A DNA stretch of 64,000 bases from Lama glama (Eukaryota): contig CM052816.1 in assembly GCA_028534125.1 (NCBI GenBank), positions 56,112,001 through 56,176,000 of the forward strand, in the 5' to 3' direction. The notes under the pieces were generated by a model. That model saw only the letters and a program-made list of their open reading frames with translations, made no database searches and was not told where the DNA came from. Every line of letters begins with the position of its first letter. The first letter of the stretch is position 1. The translations under genes were made by a program, and so were the position numbers. Positions 1-9,956 of this stretch are shown piece after piece.

Positions 1-827
1 GCTCCTCCAGGAACTTACCAACCAGCCGAATCAACAAAATGCTTGGATCAAAACCTTATTTTCTATCTTCCTTTGACTCTTAACACATTGATTGCCTGCT
101 GTCGGTCAAGTGCCCCTGAGGAAACACAGCTGTTACCCAGATTTGAGTGACATGGTGATCTACATGTTAAAGCAAGATTTAGAATATTATAGTACAAATA
201 GACTTTTGCCTTGGAAGCCCTGCTAACTGTTCCTGAGTCACTATTCATAGCTCTGCCATTTTAGTTGTGAAATTATTCTACTCAGGTAGAGAGTTCTATA
301 GCTATGCTAGTTTTATTATGTATAGATTTGGGTAATTAAGTATGTAAATGTTATATTTTGATGAAAAATTCATCATGTTACAGTCAAATTTAAGTAAATA
401 TTTAAATCTAGTAATTTGGGAAAAGAGTAAGAGCTTAGATAATTATGAGTTTATTCACTGAGCCACATTTTGATGTAATACCCTTTTTAGAAGGGAATAT
501 AACTGCATTTAAAATTGAACACTGTAGAATTATTGTGAAATTTTCTTTTTTAAAATAGTAACAGTGAGACTAAATGCTTGAATGCTTACTCAGATACTTC
601 ATCTTTGCCCTTGAAGAATCGACTGCCTGGTGGTTTCTAATACACGTATCTGTACCTGTGACACAGATTAAGAGCACTGCAAGCACATGCAGTAATAGAA
701 GTGCAAAATCCTGTGGATGTAAAGGAGAGCATATTGATTCTCATTGAGGGGATGGAGAACTTTCACATTTGGGTCAGGGCTTCAAAGATAAGTAGAAAGC
801 ACAGTTGAGAAGAAGACTTTCTAGTCC

Positions 828-1225
828 AAGGGTATACGAACTATGGTCTGTAGGCCAAAGCTGGCCCACCACCTACTGTAAATAGGATTTTATTGTAACA
901 CATCCATGCTGAGTAGTTTACATGTTTCTAATGATGGCTTTGCTTTACAGTGGTGGAGTTGAGCAGCTGTTCAGTGACCACATGGCCCACAAGACCTAAA
1001 GGAAGAGTTTGCTGACCCCTGGTGTACACCAGGGCTGTCCAAAGAACTTGCTGTATGATGAACATGTTCTGTATCTGCCCTGTCCAATATGGCAGCCACT
1101 GCTCAGTGTGCTTATCAGTGAGCACTCGAAGTGTGGTTAGTGCAACTGAGGAACTGAGCTTTTAATTTCATTTAGTTTTAGTTACCATGAATAGTGATGA
1201 GTATCTTGTGACTACTGTATTGCAC
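828..1225. mobile_element. Adjacent MER58A-like and MER3-like hAT MITE relics
   Basis: Similarity to recalled consensus (aactatggtctgtaggccaaa...; cagggctgtccaaagaac...). Confidence 0.55.
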
Positions 1226-1678
1226 TGCGTAGTTCTAGACTACAGAAATAACATGAGCAAAGGCACAAAGCTAGGAGGGGGGTTGATAAGGATAACTGAT
1301 ATATAGGGTAAATTGTAACATCTAGTAGGAGATAAAAATACAAGAGTCTGGTCATGTTAGGCTTTGAAGGGAGGCACACTTTATTCTCCGAGCCATAGAG
1401 AACCATCAGAATTTTCTGAGCTGGACTGTCACAGGTACAGATACTTGTGTTTGAAACATAGCTCTGGAAACCTTACTGAAGAATGTATGTACTGCAAGAC
1501 TGAAGATGGATTAGGAAGATGTTACAGTGGTCCAGAGAGAATTGGACCTGAAGTAGGAAGATGAAAATGGGAATAGAGAGTTAAGGATATATTTGAAAGG
1601 TATTTCAGAGGTAGAACTAAACCATATTATTTATTGTCCAAACTGATATTTTTGAGAATGAAAGGGGCATTATTAATA

Positions 1679-3851
1679 CAGGTATACCTCAGAGAGACTG
1701 TGGGTTGGTTCCAGAGTGAATATCACAATAAAGTGAATCACATGTATTTTTTTGTTTCCCAGTGCATATAAAAGTAAGTTATGTGTATGCTATACTGTAG
1801 TCTGTTAAGTGTGTGATAGCATTATGTCTAAAAAAAACCCCAAACATACCTTAATTAAAAAATAGTTTATTGGTAAAAAATGCTAACCATCATCTGAGCC
1901 TTCAGCGAGTTGCAATCTTTTTGCTGTTGGAGGTCTTGCTTCAATGTAGATGGCTGTTGATTGATCAGGGTAGTGGTTGCTGAAGATTGGGATGGCTGTG
2001 GCCATTTCTTAAATAAGATAGCCATGAAGTTTGCTACATAAATTGACTGACTCTTCCTTCCACTGACAGTTTCTCTGTAGCATGCAATACTGTTTGATAG
2101 CATTTGACATACAGTAGAAATTCTTTCAAAATTGGAGTCAGTCCTCTCAAACCGTCCTGCTGTTTTATCATCTAAGTTTATATAATATTCCAAATCCTTT
2201 GTCATTTCAGTAGTCTTTGCAGTATCTAACCAGGCTTCTCAAGAAGCCGCTTTCTTTTCTTACCCATAATAAGCAACTCCTCATCTATTTAAGTTTTATC
2301 ATGAGATTGCAGCAATTCAGTCACATCTCTGGCACTATCTATGAAAGCTATAGCCTTATGAAATGTATTTCTTAGATAATAATACTTTAAAGTTGAAATG
2401 ACTCCTTGATCCATGGGTGGCAGAATGGATGTTTTATTAGCAGGCATGAAAACAACATGAATTTTGTTGTGTGTCTTAGAGCTCTTGGGTGACCTGGTAC
2501 GTTGTCAGTGAGCAGTCATATTTTGGAAGGCAGCTATGCTCACCACTATACCACCAACGCATGCAGCAGTCATATTTTGAAAGGACTTTTTTTTTCCCCC
2601 TGAGCAGCAGGCCTCAACAATGGGCTTAAAATACTCAGTAAACCATGTCAATAGATGTGCCATCATCCAGGCTTTGTTGTTCCATTTAGAGAGCACAGAC
2701 AGAGTAGATTTAGTATCATTCTTAAGGACCCTAGTATTTTTGCAGAGGAATATGAGCATTGGCTTCACCTTAAAGTTACTACCAGCGGTGTTAGCCCCTA
2801 ACAAAGAGAGTCAGCCCATCCTATGAACCCAGGCATTGACTTCTCTTCTCTGGCTGTGAAAGTTCTAGATGGCATCTTCTTCCAGTAGAAGGCTGTTTTG
2901 TCTCCATTGAAAATCTGTTGTTTACTTTCATTAATGATCTTAGCTAGATCTCCTGGATAACTTCCTGCAGCTTCTGCATCAGTGATGGCTGCTTCACCTG
3001 GCACTGTTACGGAGATGGCTTCTTTCCTTAAACCTCATGAACCAAACTCTGCTAGCTTCAGACTCTTCTTCTGTAGCTTCCTCACCTCTCTCAGCCTTCA
3101 TAGAAATGAAAAGAGTTTTAGGGCCTTCCTATGGATTTGTCTTTGGCTTATGGGCATTGTAGCTGATTTGATCTTCTATCCAGACCACTAAAACGTCCCC
3201 ATATCAGTAATAAGGCTATTTTCCTTTCTTATCATTCATGTGTTCACTAGAGTAGCACTTGACATTTTTTTCAACAACTTTTGCTTTGTATTCCCAAGTT
3301 GGCTAACTGTTTGGCACAAGGGACCTAGCTGTTGGCCTGTCTCAGCTTTCAACACGCTTTTCTCACTGAGTTTAATCGTGTCTGGCTTGACTTAAAGTGA
3401 GAGACATGCGATTCTTCTTTTCACTTGACCACTTAGATCCATCACAGGGTTATTAACTGACCTAATTTCAATATTGTTGTTTCTTAGAGAATAGGGAGGC
3501 AGAGGAGAGAGAGATGGGGGAACAGCTGGTTGGTTGGAGTAATCAGAGCACACATGTTTATCCGTCAGGTTTGCCATCTTATGTAAGTGTAGTTTATGGT
3601 GCCCCCAAACAATTATAATAGTAACATCAACTAGTCCCAGATCACCATAACAAATGTAGTAATAACAAAATAGTTGGAAGTATTTTGAGAATTACCAAAA
3701 TGTGACACAGAGACATGAAGTGAGCAAGTGCTTTGAGAAAAATGGTGCCAGTAGACTTGCTCAACATGGGATTGCCACGAACCTCCCATTAGTAAAACAT
3801 ACTGTCTTTGAAGCACAATAAAGTGAGGTGCAATAAGATAAGGCGTGCCCC
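1679..3851 (-). mobile_element. Tigger1 DNA transposon, near full length, decayed transposase
   Basis: TA|CAGGTATACCTC terminus; ORF fragments [22 protein letters not shown] and [18 protein letters not shown] match Tigger1 transposase. Confidence 0.9.
2523..2560 (-). pseudogene. Tailless retrocopy of tRNA-Gly(TCC) 5' half
   Basis: Minus strand GCGTTGGTGGTATAGTGGTGAGCATAGCTGCCTTCCAA; 15-bp TSD agcagtcatattttg at 2511-2525 and 2565-2579. Confidence 0.9.
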
Positions 3852-4173
3852 CAGTTAAGCCGCTGCCGGGGCCAAGCTGGAAACTCAATTGGCTGTCCTA
3901 GGTGAACTGGGAGGTATGTGCTTTCTAGGAGAACAAGGTCCAGTCAGTACACATAGAGTAAAAGAAAGGTCTAGTTTACATGATTGAAAAGATGGTGATC
4001 AAACTGGAAAATGAGACAGTAAAGAGAACAGATTTGTAAGAAGGTCAAGAAATTGGTTTTGGACCAAACAACAGTTAGTTGGTTCTCTAAGGTGTTACTT
4101 TGTTAACAGATTCCTAAAATTTTGTATTCATCCTTAATAAAACAAGTTGGGATGGTTTACTTTGGTTTTCTAG

Positions 4174-4330
4174 ATTGGAGTCTACTGCACATACATCAGA
4201 GAGCTCAGAAGAATTCTTGGAAGAGGGACCTGAACAGAATGTGATGGAATTTGCAGATGTAAGTAGTGATAAAGATGTTCGGCCAGCACCAGAAACCCAG
4301 CCACGCCTGGAAAAGCAAGATGGTGAAAAG
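4174..4330 (+). CDS. FAM169A: FAM169A (SLAP75) third-last coding exon
   Basis: ttttctag| acceptor, |gtatga donor; translates LESTAHTSESSEEFLEE...EKQDGEK, resembling the FAM169A acidic C-terminal region; ends phase 0. Confidence 0.93.
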
Positions 4331-6850
4331 GTATGAGATTCGCTTATTAAATAAAATGAATGGAAGTAACCAATTTTAACTTTCTTAATCATATATGGTT
4401 AGAAAAGTGCAATGATATATTTTAGACTGTTAGTGGGAATTGGATTTAATGCTAAAAAGCATGTATGTCTGTATTAAGAAAGATCAGGAAGTGTAGGATA
4501 AAGTTACAGGTACTTTATATTTCAAACTGAGCTTATAAAGGTTGACTTACTGAGAACATAAAATAGAGGATGTTTAGATAGCCATGTCCCTCAGTGTATT
4601 TAAGATACAAATTAATTTGTGGAATTAAACATACTTAAGAAGTGACACAAGTGATGTGACTATACAAGGTCTGCCTTATAAAACAAGTTAGAACACTTGG
4701 AGGTTCAACAGGCCCCCCGTTGCACTCCTATTTTGGTTAGAAGGGCAGAATTAGTTGTCCAGAAAAAAATATGTATTTGACCACAATTGACTTATAAATT
4801 CCTGGAGAGATAACTAAATGCATTTCTTTTTTAACACTAGAAGACAAGTAGGAAAATCCTTTGTGACTGAGTAAACTTTTTATCTGGCTTGATTTCTGCA
4901 GCTCCCCAATTATTTGTCCCTTTCTTTCTTCTTCTCTATTTCCTGTCCTGTTCTTCTTCAATATCTTCAGTCTTTCCCTGTCTATAGATTTCTTATTTCT
5001 TCTTTCAGATGTGCTTAAGTTGCTTTAAAAATCGTTTGCGTGTTTGCCAGTCCAGCCAGGAGCCAGTTAAGCAAGTCAAACTGCATTGCCAATTTCACTT
5101 CCTTAACTTGCTCCAGTTTAGCTCTTCTTTCCTCTGCCTCATGAAACTGTATATTTAAATGGCATTTCTTCTTTTGTTGTAGAAAATGGGGAGAAAAGCA
5201 CATATTTTAAAAAGGGATTTATTTGTTTCTAGATGTTTATGGGAATGTGTATTTGTGGGACTTTTTCTCTTTAAAAACTTCAGATTATACTGTATGTACA
5301 TCATGTAACCTGTTTCTTTTGTCCAATGAACTATTGAGCAAATACTCTTACAGGTGACCAGTGACACTTTCATTCAATTCCAGTGGCTTTCCTTACCTCG
5401 ACTGACTACTCTCTCTTCCTCAGCATTCTCTGGTCTGACTTCATAACATGACTGTATTTTTTTTAGTTTTTTCGTTTTCTTGTCTCTGAAGTTTTGGTTT
5501 GGTTTTATTTGTCTGCTTTTTGAGTGTTCTGTTTCCTGTTTTTTTTCCTTATATTTGTGGACGTTCTTGAAGACTCAGTTCTTGACTTCCTGCTCTTTGG
5601 TTCATGCACCTAGTCTAATGGCTCCGTTGTCATCTCTGTGGGGATGACCAGTAACTAGACTTCCAGCACTGATCCAGACTGTAGTCCTATAATGTTACTT
5701 GCCTTCTAAATATTTCTATTTAGACAGATGTCTTTTATCTTAAATTCAGTGTCTCTATTCTTTCCTGTCACTTCAGTATTGAGCCTTTTTTCCTATTTAT
5801 TTTTCATTCTGTTTCCAAACATAAAACTTGAAGGACTGAGTTTTTCTCTCCTGTTGCTTCTCACTTTTAGTTACTCACCAAAATTTTTTGTTTTACAAAA
5901 GCTTTTGCTGTGTTTTTCTCTTTTTCTTTCTTTTAACATTCTCCTACCCTAATTGGTCCTTCTATGAGCTTTATTATAATTACCTTCTGTGTGCAATTTA
6001 TTCTTTATACTACCTGGCCAGATTAATTTTCTAAGTCTCTGATCTCACTATTCCTAGGGAAAATGATTTCAGGGGTCCTATATAATCCATTCAAATCTAT
6101 TTCTTAAAATGAGCGCATCGCTTTTCTAATTTTTAAAATGATAATAAAATAAAATGCCCTCTAATTATTAAAATGTCACTAGGATAAATTAGAAATATTA
6201 GACATTAAATGGAAGTCTTGTTAATCAATAAACCTCGGAGGAAGCAGTTTCAGAAATTGGAAGGTTTGTGTTATCAGATTGCTTTTCCATATTTTAATGG
6301 GATTTAAGGAGCAGGATTGTTCAAAAATGACCCTGGGTTGACTGGACAATGAGCTGACCAAGCCGGGCCTCTCTTCTCCCAGGAGGAAGCTGAAGCCAAC
6401 TCGGCTTCCCTCAGGACTCGTAGTACTTCCTCCCCCCGGCAGTGTGAAGTGCAGCTTCCCACAGGCTCCAAGATTCCAGCTGCTGAACAGCGGATGTTCT
6501 GTTCAGAGCCGGCACCAAATTTAGACTTTCTCTGGTGCCTTTTTACTGAAGTTCTTCTTGTGATTGCCGCATTAGAAGGATGAGCAAGGAGTCAGGGTCA
6601 CTTCACTGAATCTCAGACGCACCCTGGGTCTGCAGGGCATCCCGGTCCTGTCCTCTCTCCACGAGGACAGCGGGGATTTCGGGTGCATATGGACTCTTTT
6701 CTCTTACTGACTCTACTGTTCCTTAACCTGTGCCCTGTGATGTGGTAGAATGTATCTTGAGTTCTGAGGGGAGCTGAGAATGGACCCATCTTGCATGACA
6801 AGTAAGTTAATCTGTAATGTGTCCTGCCTTTTTTCCCCTCTGTGGTGTAG

Positions 6851-7054
6851 GAATCTGAATTAGAGCCCGTGAATGGTGAGATAATGGATGATACTCTTAA
6901 AACTTCACTTATGCCAGAAGAGGAGGACTCCACTAGTGAAGTTTTAGATGAAGAATTAAAATTGCAGTCTTTTAATTCCAGTGAAGATTCTACAAATCTT
7001 GTTCCACTGGTGGTAGAATCTTCAAACCCCCCTGAGGCTGCTACTCAGGATAAG
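6851..7054 (+). CDS. FAM169A: FAM169A penultimate coding exon
   Basis: gtgtag|GAATCT...GATAAG|gtaatg; 204 nt, ESELEPVNGEIMDD...PEAATQDK. Confidence 0.95.
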
Positions 7055-7374
7055 GTAATGGGGGGAAATAACCAAATTTTTTTTATAGTTAGAGTGTTCC
7101 AGTGTTGATGGCTTGGCTGGGGCACTGTAGGATATATATTTGCCTCAACTTTAACATGCACAGTCCTTCTGGAAAATTAAATTATACTAGATTTGGTATT
7201 TTAAGTTGCAGTCAATAATATTCCATATATTTGCATCTTTTGTAACCTTATTCATTCATATCTGGATAAAGCATTATTTACCAAATATTTGAATACCTAT
7301 TGCTTACGTAGTCTCTGACCAACATAGTCATTTTAATTTGTTTTAATTAGGGAGACACTAATTAGACACTAATT

Positions 7375-7430
7375 CACAACACTGTAAAATGATTATGAAT
7401 CAATAAAAAATGTTAAAAAAAACAAAAAAA
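7375..7430 (+). mobile_element. Extremely 5'-truncated young L1 3' tail
   Basis: AATAAA plus A tail; 18-bp TSD actaattagacactaatt at 7357-7374 and 7431-7448. Confidence 0.8.
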
Positions 7431-7496
7431 ACTAATTAGACACTAATTAGATCAGATTAGTGAGGAAAACTTGAATGGAGTATTTTAAAATAAAAT

Positions 7497-7960
7497 TTTT
7501 TTTGAAATAAAGTTGATGTATAACATTATGCGAGTTTCATGTGCGCTGCATAGTGATTTGATTTTGCATACATTGTGAACTGATCACGGTAAGTCTAGTA
7601 ACCGTCTGTCCACCATACAAAGTTGTTACAATATTATTGATCATACTCCTTATGCTGTGTATTATATCCCCATGGCTTGTTTATTTTTATATCTGAAGGT
7701 TTGAACCTCTTAATCTCCTTTACCTGTTTCAGTCCCCTTACTTTCTCCCTTCTGGCAACCATTCATTGTTCTCTTTATCTGAGCCTGTTTTCATCTTGTT
7801 TTGTTTCTTTGTTTTGTTTTTTAGATTTCACATGTAAGTGAGACCCTATGGTGTTTGTCTTTCTCTGACTTACTTCACCTAGCATAATACCCTCTAGGTC
7901 CATCCATGTTGTTGCAAATGGCAAGATTTCATTCTTGTCTTTATGACTGAGTACTATTCG
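7497..7960 (-). mobile_element. L1 3' end fragment
   Basis: L1 3' motifs (tccatccatgttgttgcaaatggcaagatttc). Confidence 0.75.
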
Positions 7961-8495
7961 ATTTTTGTGTGTGTGCGTGTGTATGTATCTAAAAAGAATT
8001 TAATTTTTACTTTTGAATATTCCAATTTAAGGCTAAAAAACTATCATAAAGCATTATTTTTATTAGCGTTTCACATAATTAAGTGAATGCCATTTCCACT
8101 GCCCTCACCTGTCATCTCATAGTCTAAACTCAGTGGGGTGGCATGGTATCAGGTTCCCAGGACTCTTGGTTCTGGCTCCAGGAACACCAAGAGACTAAAA
8201 ACTGAGTTGGTTCTTGGTTTTGAAGAATCTTGATATAAAGTTTAAGTGTCTTAAGTACTTTTTGAGATAAAATTACTTTTACTATATATTTAAAGCAAGA
8301 ATTTAATGTATCCAAATTATCATGCAAGACAGTTTTGAAGAAATTGAGCTGTATTCAGAATATGTGCCCATGCTTAACAAAAGTAATGAGTACTGAATCC
8401 TCTAAAACACAGTTCAGGGTCATTGTGTAGCAGTGTCTGAGAATAATTGATGTAAGAACTATATTGCAAAAGTTCACCAGGTTTTCTGTTTTTAG

Positions 8496-9044
8496 ACTTC
8501 ACGTATAACTGACTCAGAAACCTTGCTAGACGAAGGCCCATCTGATGAAAAAGGGCACACTGAGGAGAAGCTGCCTCTAGTTTCAAGAAAGAAAGCTCAC
8601 TTTGGCAGTTCAGACAACGCTGCTACTATCCCAAATGAAGAACGGTCCGACAGTGGTTTTCCAAACTCTGTGGTCACTGAATTTTCTGAAGAATCGATCT
8701 CTGAAAATGTGTCACCCAACACTACTTCCTCATTGGAAGACCAGGGTGAGGAGGGGGTCCCTGAGCCCCAGGAAACGTCTCCGGCTCTCCCGCAGAGTTC
8801 TTTGATAGAGGTTGAACTTGAGGATGTGCCATTTTCACAGAACGCCGGACAGAAGAACCAGTCAGAGGAGCAGTCCGAAGCATCTTCTGAGCAACTGGAT
8901 CAGTTTACACCATCAGCAGAGAAAACTGTGGATAGCAGCTCAGAGGAGATAGAAGTGGAGGTGCCTGTCGTGGACCGGCGGAATTTAAGAAGAAAGGCCA
9001 AAGGGCACAAAGGACCTGCAAAGAAGAAAGCCAAGCTGACCTGA
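8496..9044 (+). CDS. FAM169A: FAM169A last coding exon
   Basis: tttttag|ACTTCA; 183 codons ending RRKAKGHKGPAKKKAKLT-TGA, the recognisable FAM169A C-terminus. Confidence 0.96.
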   Translation, partial: TSRITDSETLLDEGPSDEKGHTEEKLPLVSRKKAHFGSSDNAATIPNEERSDSGFPNSVVTEFSEESISENVSPNTTSSLEDQGEEGVPEPQETSPALPQSSLIEVELEDVPFSQNAGQKNQSEEQSEASSEQLDQFTPSAEKTVDSSSEEIEVEVPVVDRRNLRRKAKGHKGPAKKKAKLT

Positions 9045-9924
9045 ATAAAGAAGAAATGCAGATGAAAAAGCCTCTTCTTTGTTACGTAATTGTCGTTTTT
9101 AAAATATGGCAACTAATAAATAGCATGGGACACAGGATAAAAATTCCAAATTTTCAATTCGAACTTATTTATGATGCTGTTTTTCCCTCCCCCATAGGAC
9201 CTAGAATTCACTGTTCTTTTTAATTTTTCAGGCTATTTTGTGTAAATACAACTTTTTAATTTTTATTAACCATGTTTCGATTTGGGGAAACCAGATCATA
9301 CTATATTTTCATTAGTAGTTGGGGGCTATCTGACCATTAATATTTCAGAAAATACAAAGTGAAAAACTGAAAGTAGTAGAGTTCCCATCAGTTGTAAGGA
9401 TCACAGAAATCTTTTATACTAAAGGTTTTAATAGTAAATTTGGTGAAGGTTCTAGAAGTTTTATCCTAAATATCAAAACTAATCACCATTTTTTAAAAAC
9501 GTAGGCATGCTTAAACAAAAATGTCAGTAAATTAGGATAAACATAACTTCAACTAAATGAGAGCACAAATTCAGAAATGTGTGGTCAAAGGTTTGTGAAG
9601 GTGGGTATTTTGGCCTTTCAATTCTTAGTTGAAGGTGCAAGTTTCTTCCTTTGACTTCACTCTTTATAACGTCTGGTATTAACAGTACTGCTAGGGATTT
9701 AACTCTGGCATGTCGACAGTATTACTATTTAAAATATCATTTGAAGCCGGGACTACACTTTTGTCCTCACCCAATTAACGTGTATACTTTAGAAGTGTGA
9801 GAACCTTTCCAAAGGCTTCTCCTTAATCTGCCACTGCCTTTATTCTAGAATCTTCTTTATATTCCCCTCAGCTTTCATCCACTTCCCTAACTCATGGAGT
9901 GATTCCTGTCTGAAGATCTGCTTG

Positions 9925-9956
<32 letters not shown>

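Noticed and set aside
1..250. Open frame on + strand (APPGTYQPAES...FE*) and a 61-aa minus ORF
   Set aside because: No recognisable homology and no splice context visible at the window edge
2523..2560. Functional tRNA genes here and at 19775-19809
   Set aside because: Only 5' halves; no B box, T arm or 3' acceptor strand
1867..3004. Transposase-like ORFs as an active or domesticated gene
   Set aside because: Fragmented by stops and frameshifts; decayed Tigger1
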